Below the pieces are notes generated by a model, which saw only the letters and a list, made by a program, of their open reading frames with translations, did not search any database and had not been told where the DNA came from. Shown one piece after another: positions 1-13,059 of a stretch of 64,000 bases of DNA (position 1 is its first letter; each line of letters opens with the position of its first letter). The stretch lies in NCBI RefSeq assembly GCF_006345805.1, contig NW_021833025.1, positions 139,218 to 203,217 on the forward strand, read 5' to 3'. The position numbers were made by a program, and so were the translations under genes. The DNA comes from Octopus sinensis. Its lineage: Eukaryota.

Positions 1-114
1 AAGGCATAGAATCAATACAAGGATGCTCGCGAGTCTTCTTGGTTGAGGCAAAGGATCTCGCTCGCAATCGTGCGCGGGAACGCGCAAGCAATCCGTTCGG
101 CTGGGTTAATTTAG
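1..114 (+). mobile_element. 3' end of a CRE-like non-LTR retrotransposon (RLE C-terminus)
   Basis: Frame 1 reads RESSWLRQRISLAIVRGNAQAI, matching the RETSWLFQRISCAIVRGN terminus of the copy at 31541. Confidence 0.75.
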
Positions 115-271
115 TTATAAATTATTATGTTTTATACATTTTCGAGTTTTAAAAAAAACTTTTTTAAATTTAAGTACATGAACAAAAACTAATTTAAATC
201 AATACAAGGCATAGTTAAACTTTATAATTGGTCGATAAAAATAATATTTGTGATAATCAAAGGATTTAATT

Positions 272-338
272 TTGACATCTACTAGGTCAAAAATGTAACC
301 GGTTGCCCATGCGTAACGCGTTGCCCATGTCACATAAT
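272..338. repeat. Dispersed repeat, probable DNA-transposon/MITE end
   Basis: ggtcaaaaatgtaaccggttgcccatgcgta...gcccatgtcacataat recurs inverted at about 29633-29697. Confidence 0.55.
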
Positions 339-559
339 GCTAATTATTATTTTTTATCAATAATATTCTTTATCAAGGTCAATAAAGATTAAACTTCATT
401 GGTCGATCGACTTTCATATGTAATTTAACACATAATTTTATAAATATTATTTTATCAAAGAAAATTGACCTTAATATTATTTTTAATTAAACTGACCTTA
501 AATTCATTAAGATATTTTCATGTAAGACTACCATATTTAAAATAAATTTTTAAACGTGT

Positions 560-1906
560 TTGTTGCCCGCGCTATCTAAGTTACACCTAAGATTTTTAAT
601 GACGTCCTTAAATGATGCAAAAAACCGTTTTTCTGATATTTGGGATGACCTTTTGTCGCGAGATAGATTTGCCTACCTAAGTTGGGTGGATTCAAAATTG
701 TCCGAGTTTAAAATTTATGGAAAAATGTCATTTAGTTTGTTATATATTAATTCATTTCAGACGACCCTCAATGTCAAATTTATCCTTTGTGGATATCTCA
801 TACATTAGCTAGTTCTGTCCGACAAAGATTCGACTTGTTAATGGCTGACGATTCCATTCAAGGAAAGAAAAATACAAAGAAGAGTCTCATGTGTTTAGGT
901 TTTAAAGTTTTTTTGAATAAAATTAGATATTTTAAGAAAGGAAATCGAAAACAAGAATAAGTCTTTTAATACTCCCCAGAAACGCAATCGAATGCAGAGA
1001 AATAAAACAGACAACAAAACCCCTTGTAATTCTGACTTCAATTCTAAAAAACGTCTCAAATTTGACAATTCCGAGTCTCCAGTATTCAGTCCACTTAAAG
1101 TTACCAAAAAAACTCCTGTTAAAAATATTCTGGATCATATAAATAAACTAAATGAAATTCCAACCTCAAATCAGTGCTGTGATTTTGACTCGTATGTTAA
1201 AAAATTTGTTTCAGTTACGTCAAAAATTTCTGCTGTTTCCGAAAATAGAGATTCTAAAGACGCATCGTCTCAGGATGGCATGTTCAGTCAAAATTCGCAA
1301 AATTCTAGAAATGATTTTTGTGGGGATACAGAAAATTCTTTAGATTATAACACCTTTATTTCTTTTTTTAACTATTCGGAAAATGATACTTCAAAAACAA
1401 ATGAAACTGCCGATTCGAATGCGACTCTTACGTGTGGGAATTTTTCAGAAATTATTGGTTCACGTGAAGGAGAAGAACGTCTATTTGATTTTCCCGTTTT
1501 AGTGGATGAAACTAATCAGAATAATTTTATTTCCAACTTAGATGATATCTCAAGAACCGACGTTGTTTGTAATAAATATTCTGAATGTGAAACTAACGAC
1601 TCTATTGGAACTTATCAAACAGATTTGATTAATTTGAATAACAGGGATGATAATTCCAATATCATTGAAGATTCTTTAACCAACGCTAATTCAAACTCTT
1701 TAATGATAAACATGGACATCAACCGTCCATTTAGAATCTTTGGATCCGATGAAAAGAATACGCCAGAAACCTGTTGTTCAAAAGAATCTGAAGTTAGTGA
1801 GACAATGGATTGTGAATTTACTGGGGATTCTGATTTCCGCGAACTGGACCAATGCAACGGTAAAACTCTGATAATCGATGATACAATCAATTTTATGTCG
1901 AATTGA
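560..1906 (+). CDS. Orphan protein with a long acidic/Ser-rich tail; start uncertain
   Basis: ORFs 560-808 and 992-1906 join in frame through two tiny GT-AG introns (gtttgttatatattaattcatttcag, 26 nt; gttttaaagtttttttgaataaaattag, 28 nt). No family recognised. Confidence 0.5.
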
Positions 1907-1983
1907 CGACCTTGGTTATTAATACATTGATTTTTTTGTTATTACATCAACTCGAGTTCTATCAACGGCTGACAAATTCGAAC

Positions 1984-2700
1984 TTAATTCTTATCTAGAA
2001 GGTTACCAATACTTGGAAGTGGAGTGGCATTTAACCAGGCACCGCTGTGGGGACGACGGGCCGTCACAAAGGAGGTCAAACGATGTTGATCAAGGGATGC
2101 GCGGAATGACTTAATACGCGATTGAAGGCGAATTTCCTTCCGAGCAAATTGTTTTTGCGGAAGGTCAGAAGTTTCATAACCAAGCGAGTGCCACTTCAGG
2201 ACCGCCGATGATAACTCAGGAGGCACGTAATATTTAAAGTCAGTTGAGAGAACCGTGAGTTTCTGACATGAAGAAAGTGACGAAAGGTACGCAGGCAGTG
2301 CGACATCATTCGGGCAACGAAGTCCGAGGTCTCCGTGGCGTATAGGGAATGATGCTTGGCTCTAATCCAAAGAATCAAATTAACATTGAATATAGATTGA
2401 TCAGTGAAGATGTTTTCATGCAGAAAGCATGGTACACTTCTGATGGAGTGAAGCAATTTTGGCAGAGCAAAAAAGTTTTTGGCTAGAAACAAGCCGACAA
2501 GCACTGAGACACGCCGGGCATTTCCCGATTCAAGGGCCGCAGACGATGACTTAGTTAAGCCGGTATAAGACAAGTGAACATCCCTCTGGAAGATAAAGCA
2601 TTTCCTAGGCTTCTTCCGGGTGTTATTAGTTAAACAAATAAGGCATCGAAATGATGGAGACGAATTGGTATGGGATGGATTCATAGGATTGAAAAAGTGG
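1984..2700 (-). mobile_element. CRE-like retrotransposon fragment
   Basis: ORF 1984-2226 contains PHSGAWLNATP, the motif preceding the CRE zinc-knuckle/RLE region. The segment is GC-richer than its flanks. Confidence 0.65.
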
Positions 2701-3229
2701 TGATATGAAAGGAATTATAGAGAAGGGATTAAAGGAGAAATGAGAATTAAGAATTGGAAAGAGAAATGAGAAATTGATATTAAAAGGAATTATAGAGAAA
2801 GAAAGAATTGTTTGATATGAAAGGAAATTGGAATTGATATGAAAGAGACGGTTGCCCTACTCATCACATACGGACTTTTTATTAAATTGGATTCTCCGAT
2901 TTGAATGTCGAGCTTTCTAGTCTTTATTCGGCCGCACTACAATAAAAAGAAGCTACAAGACAAGAGTACACGGGACTTCCTACCTTGAATTTAATTAAAA
3001 TAATTAACTTTCTTGTTCTCTTGATCTCAAAAATTGTGTTTGTGAAAATAGAAGCACAAGAAAAGCTTAGTTACTTAGGTGCCCATGCCTTACCTGTAAA
3101 TATTTCCTCATGTACAAGAAAGGAAGTGTAGATTATTCCACTAATTATTGATCATTTGGAGTAATTATTTATAAGTTTGAAAAGTTATTTTCCATCTATA
3201 TTAGTTGACTCTATAATTGGGTGAGGAAT

Positions 3230-3686
3230 CAATTTGTTGAGTACGAAATAACTGAAAACGAGCTATTATTAAAAAAGGAAGAAAAACACGAGTTTATTTC
3301 AAATGACAAAACATTAGAAATGGAATATTTAAAGCGTAAAAATTGATTCGTTCTGGCTAATTGTCAAAAAAGAATATCTTATCATAGCAAACAAAGCTTT
3401 AAAAGTTTTGGTTCTGTTTTCAACGACTCATCTCTGTGAAAGTGGATTTTCTACTTTAAAAAATATAAAGCATAAAAAACGCGCCAATTTACTATATGTA
3501 GAACAAGACATGCGTTTATCCCTGTCAAGGATAAGGAGAAATATACAGAGCTATTCAAGAGACATCAGGCTCAGCATCTCACTAATTTTTGTATTAATAA
3601 ATACTGATAATTCTTAAAAACTATATGAGTTCCGTAAACCAAATAAAATGTCGTTAGGACGCTCTCTAAAAGGTTGGGAACTACTG
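3230..3686 (+). mobile_element. hAT (Buster/Charlie-like) transposase 3' remnant with terminal repeat
   Basis: FSTTHLCESGFSTLKNIK is the hAT dimerisation motif. The remnant ends in aggttgggaactactg, resembling the CAGTGGTTCCCAACCT TIR at 47436. Confidence 0.7.
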
Positions 3687-4020
3687 CATTAATGATTGAT
3701 GCGTCAACACTAATTCTTGCGCGTTCGACGTTAAATAAGAATATTATTTATGATAATGCTGTTAAAGTCATCAAAATATTTAATTAATACCGTTCAATTT
3801 TTCTTTTATTAAATAACTTCATTGTTCAAGGTTTTCCCGATGTTTATAACTAAATTATGTTTTTTTGCTGAATTTTGTCTAAAAGTATATAAAAATTCAT
3901 TAAGGTAACAGAAAACTTTTTAGCTATAGTTATGTCAAATAATAAATTTTTAAATAAATATATTAAATGTATAATATTATAAATTAATATATAAATTCTA
4001 GCCTAGTTTTAATTTAGCAT

Positions 4021-5203
4021 ATGAGTAAGGAATGTCTTAAAGAACGCTTAACCGTCTTGGTTATTAATAGCTTTGTTGCAACACTCAACGTCGGAAATTT
4101 GGCTTCTCGAACAATACTTGAGGTTGATAAGTTTTCTATATTACAAGATTATGGATATTTTAGCAGTTTGTATGCCAACTTGCTACTTTAGTCTCCACAA
4201 CGGTTTGACGCAATTAAATTAATATTTATTTAGGGTTTGGAAAAAACTTTTGTTCTGGATTTATCATCGATTCACTTTTCAAATTTTACAGAAACATCAA
4301 GCAAGAAAATTTTAACAAATTTAACTACGTTTTAATTGGTAAAATAAGTAATTTACATAATTAGGGTACTTGTACTCAAAATTAAACTTAATCGATGTCC
4401 ATAAAATTATCGAAGATATGAAATTTACTAATCCAAATATAAAAATTCGTATTGCATTTTTTAAGTTATTAGTTTGTGATCCTGTTATGGGAGACAACAA
4501 CAGATATGTATTTATTATATATAAATATTAGTACTGTCATAAAGATTTGTCGGATGCTTATATGAATGGATTTATAAAACTCTGTGATATTCTAACTCCT
4601 AATCTATTTGAGACAGAGTATGATTTTATTTAATATTGATAGAATTCTTACTGAATGTAAAATAAATAACATTCAAGAAGCATTTTTTCAAATGCAAAAA
4701 TTAATTCACATGGGCCCAAAAATCGTTATTCTTACCAGTATGGAATCATCTGATGAAAATTATTTACTTGCTCTCTTTTGTATGGCCACTAAACGTAATA
4801 TTGATTGGATTGTATTTTGAGGTGGATTTTTACAATACTTTATTAAATTTCCAAAATTTCATGCACACTTTGCAGGAACTGGAGATGTATTTTCATCTTT
4901 GTTTTTATCTTGGATAAACAATACGCAGGGCGACCCAGTTGTATTAGATTTCTAAAATTATTATTCATTTAAAGAAAGCTTTCGAGATTACTGTCAACAT
5001 TCTCCACTTTATTTTAAAGGATACATTTGATTATGCTAGAAGTTGAACTTTTTATACTTAAATCAGAGGAAGGAATTGATCCTTTCACTCTCGATTTGAG
5101 GTTGGTGGAATCCGAAAACAGGATTAGAAATCCATTTATTGTTTTTAAAGCTGTGGAATATAAAATGCCTACAATTAGTGTGATCTTTTGTAGATGTTTT
5201 TAG
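4021..5203 (+). CDS. PDXK: Pyridoxal kinase, multi-exon with tiny introns
   Basis: Spliced motifs include VGN, YVLIGY, VCDPVMGD, ILTPNLFET, MGPKIVILTS, FAGTGDVF and the C-terminal LDLRLVES. Introns are about 24-31 nt. Confidence 0.88.
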
Positions 5204-5288
5204 ATTTTAACGTGGACTGCCTCCAAAAATAGAGTTATTAGTTTACATTGTTTTGTTAAAAAATTGATTCTTTGATAAAATACTTTAA

Positions 5289-7181
5289 CTATACCATTTC
5301 CCATACTAAATGGGATTAATACCAAACTAAGTGGGATTAGCAGAAAACTAAATGGGATTAACGTCAAACTAAGTGGGATTAGCAGAAAACTAAATGGGAT
5401 TAACATCAAACTAAGTGGGAAAATGGTACAGAAGACATTTGCATAAACAGACAAGGAAGAGGACATTACGGAAAATATTCAATGGAAAAACGGAAATTGA
5501 TCATAGACACACACGATAGAGATGGAGATTGGCGCTCTTTATGCAGGTCTTTGGGAGTGAAAGAAAGGACCGCATATTATTGGATTAAAAATAAAAAAAT
5601 TGAATTACTTCCTAAAGGAGGAAAGATTTGGAGTAAAAAAAGTGAAGAAATTATATCTGCTCTATTAACTTGGATTGAATGCGATTGCCAGATCTCACTG
5701 GTCGAATGTACTGAAAAAATTCAAGCTCAATTCAATGTTACTGTTTGTGTAAATACAGTAAAAAATTGGCTTGATGGACAATTAATTTCATTGAAATCAC
5801 AATAAACATGAATACAGAGGAAAATAAAATAAAAAGAATGGAGTATTTAACACGTCTTTTGAATGCGAGATCTAAAGGAAGAACTATAATTTGGATAGAT
5901 GAGTCAAATTTTAATTTATTTTGTCGTCGTAAAGAAGGACGTTAACAAATTGGATGTCGGTCTATTGTTCTTGCACCCAGTAGCAGAGGGTCAAATTTAC
6001 ATTGTATAGCTGCAATGTCATCGTCACAAATATATAATTTTAAGTGCAGAAGAGGCTCATATACAGGGGAGTCCTGTAAAACATGGTTTAGGCAACTTAT
6101 TAATGAATGTGATGCATCAGGAGTTACACATCCAACATTCGTAATTGATAATGCTCCTATTCACAGTCAACTTGAGTCTGTAATAAATCCAGGAGAAAAT
6201 AGTGAATTATTAAGACTAGCGCCATATTCTTATTTAATCAACCCAATAGAACTTGCTTGGAGTTCATTCAAAGCTGAAGAATTCGTGAAAATATGGATGA
6301 AACACAACAACACAACGCACCGTGTGTCCGGTGTGCTTAATCTGCCCAGTGGAGTCCCACTCCATGTTTACTTCAAAAGCTCAGGAATTAGTCAGGAAAT
6401 AATTAGTTTTTTATTATCCGGCTCAATATTATTTTGCCATTGATCAAATATCCAAAGTAAATAAAATAAAAACTTTTTTGAATAAATGTTGAATAAAAAA
6501 CTAAAATTAATTAAATAATCTAAAAAATTGTGTTCCCTGATAAACTATACCATTTCCCATACTAAATGGGATTAACACCAAACTAAGTGGGATTATCAGA
6601 AAACTAAATGGGATCAACGTCAAACTAAGTAAAGAAGAGAATTCGTGAAAATATGGATATAATTATAAATTATAAAAAAAATGCAGAGGGACTGTCAATA
6701 ACCGAATTCAGAATGAGAATCTTGGAAAGGATTGCAATTGAGGCAAAAGAAGTATTAACTCCACAAAAGTTAATGGAATTCTCGAATCATGTGGAGAGAT
6801 ATTACCCCTCAGTTATTCGATGTGAAGATTTAACTGACAATTCTTTTTTGTAATAAAAATTTCTTGCAAAATAGAATTTCTCACCTGCAAAATTGGTTTT
6901 CATGACCGCAAATTTAATTTCTTGATTGGAAAATCGATTTTCCCAGTCGCAAAATTCATTTACTATTTGCAAAAATGATTTTCCTAACCGCAAACCGGAT
7001 TTCTTACATGCAAAATTGCCATTCGACAATTCCCTTAGCCACCCAATTGCTTTAAATTCTTTGTTGTGTTTTATTAAATAAATTATTTTTTTTCTAAAAT
7101 TGCCATTCTTGACTGCAAATTTAATTTCCAGATTGCAAAAATGATGTTCTCAGCTGCAAAATTGACTTGTAAATGGTATAG
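5289..7181 (+). mobile_element. Tc1/IS630-type DNA transposon, disrupted
   Basis: TIR ctataccattt at 5289 and its complement at 7171-7181, with 21-bp subterminal repeats. Transposase motifs WIDESNF, VIDNAPIH and LAPYSYLINPIELAWS. It carries stops and an insertion at 6297-6638. Confidence 0.85.
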
Positions 7182-7187
7182 TGTGTC

Positions 7188-7871
7188 GGCAATATTTCCC
7201 TGTATTCAAGAAATAAAGCCTACACAATCTTTAGACGTAATGGTTTTCATGCTATCCACAATTATTTGTTCAAGTATCCGTGTTCGATACTCTTTAATTG
7301 ATAAGCCTTCTCCCTGTTGGAATAAAATTTGGTTTTTTTTCGAAGCGATGTCTCTTTTTACGTGAGCTTTTACTTTGGACCATACGTTTTCGATGGGGTT
7401 AAGCATTGGGCTGTACGGACCGAGACGAAGAATATGAAAATCATTAAATTCTTCCAATCGAAGAACTTCTTCGATACCACTGTGAACTGGTGCATTGTCC
7501 AACACCACAATAACTGGACCACCATGTTTAATCCGTGCTTGCCTCAAACAAATTTGCCGAAATATTGCCGACATTAACATAAAATTTAAAAAAAAAGAAT
7601 TTTTTGGTGTTAATCCCATTTAGTTTGGTATTAATCCCATATTGTTTGGTATTAATCCCATATTGTTTGGTATTAATCACATATTGTTTGGTATTAATCC
7701 CATATTGTTTGGTATTAATCCCATATTGTTTGGTATTAATCCCATTTAGTTTGGTGTTAATCCCACTTAGTTTGACGCTAATCCCACTTAGTTTGATGTT
7801 AATCCCATTTAGTTTTCTGATAATCCCACTTAGTTTGGTGTTAATCCCATTTAGTATGGGAAATGGTATAG
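7188..7871 (-). mobile_element. Second Tc1/IS630-type element: transposase C-terminus fused to an expanded left end
   Basis: VLDNAPVH and LGPYSPMLNPIENVWSKVK, followed by about 12 copies of a 21-bp unit (aatcccatattgtttggtatt) and the same TIR at 7861-7871. Confidence 0.8.
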
Positions 7872-8389
7872 TTTATCAGGGAACACAATTTTTTAGATTA
7901 TTTAATTAATTTTAGTTTTTTATTCAACATTTATTCAAAAAAGTTTTTATTTTATTTACTTTGGATATTTGATCAATGGCAAAATAATATTGAGCCGGAT
8001 AATAAAAAACTAATTATTTCCTGACTAATTCCTGAGCTTTTGAAGTAAACATGGAGTGGGACTCCACTGGGCAGATTAAGCACACCGGACACACGGTGCG
8101 TTGTGTTGTTGTGTTTCATGTATAAGAGACTTAACCAAATATAAAAGCCACTTACAGTCTGTTTAAAAAAACGTGACCACTTGAAAATGTATGTTTGTTT
8201 AATTTTTGTGATTTATTTTTGAAAATTTACAGGGAATGATAAATTTAAAACCTTTCCAAACTTGTTGACTTTGACCTTGGACACCACCCTGTTCGCCTTA
8301 TACATCACTTAAATTATCTAAGATATAATGTGATATTTCTAATTTATCAACCCATTTTTCACTGTTGTTTATCATTTTTGACAATTTTC

Positions 8390-10900
8390 TGGTCATCGTT
8401 CGATTAAATCTATCGACAATTCCATGAACCCAGGAATTATTCGCCTTCCGTAGATTTGTTTGATGTTAAAATCAACGCATAGTTGTGTTATTTCTTGATT
8501 TTTGAATTCAGACCCATTTTCAGATTGAAAAAATTTGGATGATTCATTTGGGCCAGGGGTGTCAAACTCATTTCGCTTTGAGGGCCGCATTTATAATAAT
8601 TTCTCATTAAGGGAAGATTAGTTCTGATATTTATTATTAAGAGCAACTAAATTATTGAATTATCGCCCTTTAATTTTGGTGAGAGCTGCTTCCAGTGGAT
8701 TGACATCTTTTTTTAGATACAATTTTTGATATGTCAGGCTGAGCTATTCGTGTAGTTCCGACTTTTATTAAAGAGGATAAATGTTCATCAGTTAGTCTTG
8801 TTCTTTGAGCAGTTTTTGTCATTTTCATAACTGAAAAAAGCTGTTCACACACATATGTCGAACCAAACATAGCAATGATTTTTGTTGCAAACTTTTTAAA
8901 GTTTTTAAACTTTCCAGGAAGATATGAAAAGAAAGCAGGTATTCCAACCTCCAAATATTTAGCTTTAATTATAGAATCTGATTGGATTTCCAATAGTTCC
9001 ACTTGTAAACTTTCATCTGCATTGGAAACATTAAAAGAGAATGGTGATGCGAATAATGAAAATTGTTGTTCAAAAGACGAAAAATCATTAAATCTTTCTT
9101 GAAATTCCTTTAACAACGATTCTAGTTGTCTTTCATACTGAGAAAAATTCATTACATTATGTGCATCAACAGTACTCCTGAGCTTTTTGCACGTAGGAAA
9201 ATAAGATAAATCTTCATTTAATAGCTGAAACTTCCATAATTTTATTTTCGAAATAAAAAACTTGATATAATCTGACAACTAAGTTATGAGCTTGTCTTTG
9301 CCCTGCAATTCTAAATTAAGGTCGTTCATATGTGTGGTAATATCCACTGCAAATGCCAATTGTTTGATCCAAGATTGACTTTTCATTTCGTCTGTGTTTT
9401 GCCGTTTCATCTCCATAAATAAAATTATTTAAATCTTTTAACAACTTTGTGAAGTGATAACCAGCGGACTAGAGTATAAAAAGGAATGTCGCTGAACTGA
9501 TTATTAATATCTGTCAGCAATTTACTAAACTGCCGGTGGTTGAGGGAATGACCTCTGATATAGTCTACTGTTTTCGTGACCAAACTAATGGTATTTTCCA
9601 GTTTTAATATCTTTGAGCACAAATATTTCTGATGAATAATACAATTAAAAAGAGCATGCTAAATGAAATATTCGAATTTTAACAAATCAGACATTAATTG
9701 GTGTTTCAAATTGCATGCCATTTCATTAATGTGTTCGGCAACAGTGTTTCTTGTTAATGAAATATCTTTAAACAAGGTATTGCTTGATGAAATCACCATC
9801 ACAATATGATTTTCTATTTACTGCAAGCATTCTGCTGATTTCATAGCTTGCAATGACTAATGCAGTACTTCGATTATGATTTTTTGTGAAATGAGTTTGT
9901 AACACAGATAAATTTTTTCGCAATTCATTTAGCATTGAAACACTCATTGGACCTTCTTGGTTAATAAGCAACTTAAAATACCTTCGAAATAATTGTATGA
10001 TAGATGATTAGATTGATAATGCCTCTTTAGGTTGTATTCTTTCGGTATAGCGATACACATGTTACATATCAAACAATGTATTTTTCCATCAACCATTGTT
10101 CAAAAATAGAGAAGTTCCCATTTATCTTGAAACATTCTCTGTTCATCTTACAAGGAGCGCTTCTTTTTTATTCAAGAAGAAGCACGTGACATTAACAAAC
10201 ACGATTTAAAAATACAATTAAAAATTTTAATTAAATGTAAAAAATAAAAAATATATTTTTGCATTTTATAGCCATTAAATCAGACCGCACTTATGTTTGG
10301 CAAAGTACGCTGAGGGCCGCACCTATGTCTTTCGAGGGCCGCATGTTTGACACCCCTGATTTAGGCGAAACAAAGATCTGAAGTTTTGACACACTTCTTT
10401 ACCAGGTAGTCATTCAAATGTAAATCTATAAAATTAAAAAAAACCAACCTACTATAAATGTCAATGACCGTTAAAATCCATTTTAAATTTTCGTTTAGTC
10501 TTGAAAATTTTTTCAGATCGATTATATCTATTTGAAAACGTTCATTTGGACAAGAAGCGAGCACGTGGTAATTTATATCTCCAATCTACAATTAAAAAAA
10601 ATCTTGAACTTTTAAAGAACGCGAAAATTTGCAAGCTTCAAATTTCGAATGACTTTTCTGATAATCTCATGACCTTTGTCGACATTCATATTCAATTTTA
10701 TTTACTCCTCCGTGTGAAAACTCATGTAATGATTTCTCAAAAGCTCCATTCCTTTTTCATTATCGAGAGATATTCTTAACTTGGTTGATTTAAGATAAAG
10801 TCTGTAAATTTATTGCACATTTACAATATCTGTCATTGATAATGGTGAATTTCTCCATCTTCTTTATAAGTCTATATTTTCGGTGCTTCGGAAGATCTTA
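8390..10900 (-). mobile_element. Retroviral-like (rve) integrase relic, Ginger/SCAND3-like, interrupted by a hAT element
   Basis: ERFQIDIIDL..WILTVIDIYSR lies on one side of the hAT and FQSENGSEFKN on the other. Confidence 0.6.
8554..10358 (-). mobile_element. hAT (SPIN/GTF2IRD2-like) transposon with decayed transposase
   Basis: TIRs caggggtgtcaaac / gtttgacacccctg and 8-bp TSD atttgggc / atttaggc. Transposase motifs MFGSTYVCEQLFS and VRWLS. Confidence 0.9.
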
Positions 10901-11024
10901 GGAAAATTTGTCATGTAAAGCATCTTTTAACATTTGATATTCAATGCAGTCTTTTACAAAACCCTTGTAAGAAGCCATTGCAACAAAATAATCTTTAATG
11001 CTAAATATTACGCTATAAATTAAG

Positions 11025-11790
11025 GCTGTTGGCAATGTCTTCAGGAGACTAGCTGCTAAGCTCGCTTGCAGACTCGTCTCCTCTGACCTTGGGGCATTCT
11101 TCGAGCCTGTCCAACTTGGGGTTGCTGTTGGGAACGGTTGCGAAACTGCAGCTCATGCCTTGAGATCATACATCACCAGTCCTCTCCTGCTTCTTGACCT
11201 GATAAAGCCCTTCTCAAACTCGATATAAAGAACGCCTTTAACTGCATCCGTCAGGACCACTTCCTCTTGGTTTGCCACGACCACTTTCCCATTTTGTACC
11301 TCCTGGCACTCCTGTCCTAGGAAAGACCCAGCTCTCTAATGTTCGGTACCAATATCATCTCTCATGTACGGGGGTTCAACAGGGTGATCCCCTAGGACCC
11401 CTCTTCTTTGCCTTGGGAATTAATGAAATAGTCCGGTAGGTCTCCTCTGAAATGAATATTTAGTATCTGGATGACCCCACCATTGGCGGCTCCCCATACT
11501 CAATCCTCAAAGATGCTCTATCGTTGGCTTCTGCACTTTTCAAGATTGGACTGGATATTAACTGTCCAAATTTTGAATTAGTTAACCTCAACATTGGTCA
11601 CGAATGCTTGTTTCTTGTATGCATGGAGCAACTCCATTTCCTGGTCCAATAAACGGAAGATTGAGGCGAGCCTAAAAAGAGTTCCAGCACTCACGGTGCC
11701 TTGGACAAAAGGCAAGCTTTCGACTCCTACGAGCATAGAAGGCCACTTGATGGTATATGGACGATCAGATGAAGAAATGAAGACAAGGCC
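11025..11790 (+). mobile_element. CRE-like reverse transcriptase fragment
   Basis: AVGNVFRRLAAK, LDIKNAFN, GVQQGDPLGPLFFAL and YLDD, with stops. Confidence 0.8.
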
Positions 11791-12278
11791 CACATGACCA
11801 CTACGCGTGTGCCCGGGTACTCGCGAGGAAAATCGCGCCAAAATGAGGAGTCTTTTCGTGCGTGTCGGGATCACGAAATTTTTTTCTTTCTGTCCTAATT
11901 GGAAATTGCTATTTTATGTTATCAAAAAAGTTCTGTATAATCTAAAAATAATAGATTTCAGATTTAAAAAATATTTGCTCTTTAAAAAATTAACTATAAA
12001 TCTTAAAAATCTCGCACCTCCTAAATTTTTGCGCGCAGTTCCTGTATGGAACCGCTGATTTATAGGACTTACAATTCCATGGTTTTTAATAAAGTAGTCT
12101 ATTGAATCTATTCTAAACTCTTTTTTTTAAGAAAACTTTTTTGACCTAATTTCTTTTCAGATTTGAACGTAGAAAACGGTTTTTGACTTTCTCCTGATTC
12201 CATTTATCTAAAATATTTGACAATTTCATTTTCAAAAGTAGGATTTAAAACTTTTAATTACACCTTGATTTAAAGGAT

Positions 12279-12918
12279 TCCCAAACAAGCTGCTTCCCGG
12301 ATTTAAAAGCGAAAAGCGTACAGCCGTAGGGACGTTTTGGATTTTTAAGGTCGAGACCCGTCTGTTCCAGAACTGAAGAGAAACCAGCTCTTTCCAGGGC
12401 TTTACGAATTAGATTGTTAATTTCAGTGTGCCGAGAAAATCGGCTGGCACTCGTTCTACAAAACAGAGGATGGAGCCCAAGGACGTCAACTTTAGCCCCA
12501 CAACAGCGGGGTGAGGTCTGCAGACAGGGAATCCAAGGAGATTGCAGATAGCCAAACGGAGTTAATCCCTATCGAGGACAGTATCCAAAAGCGGAGAAGG
12601 AAGTACATTAAGCCAGGAGCCTGAGTATGGCTGACAGGCGGAACGGAAACAGGCCCATCTGTGTTAATCGAAAAGCGGTTCCAAGTTAGCTGAAGATCGA
12701 CGGCAAAAAATTTTGTCCCAATCCCGCTGAAAAATGACATCGGAAGGGAGTTCAGAGTTATTTTGTTTCAAAGTGAAAGGACCGAATAAATATTAGAGTC
12801 CAACAATGATTCAGTAGTTTTTTCCAGAATTTTTTGGACAAGGAGATATGATCCAGACGCCGAAGAAAGAAAGGCAGAAAGAGCCAACTGTAAAGGAGGC
12901 CCAAACCTCCGTGACTCA
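12279..12918 (-). mobile_element. CRE-like internal fragment, near-identical to about 54798-55438
   Basis: Direct sequence identity by eye over about 640 bp. Reverse strand reads TDGSRP*KSKTSLRLYAFRFKSGKQLVWD. Confidence 0.85.
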
Positions 12919-13059
12919 ATATCCGGTTCACTTAATTTTTGATATCTTTTATCAAGAAAAAATTGGCAAATTACATAGTTTTCCGATGCAGAAGTGACGC
13001 CCTTGTCAAAAATTTGAATACTTACAGAATTTGGTGAATTAAATAGTTTACTGTCCTAA

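Noticed and set aside
7600-7850. CRISPR-like array (21-bp repeats), and likewise the 93-bp repeats at 60858
   Set aside because: Contiguous tandem units without unique spacers, no cas genes, eukaryotic TE context.
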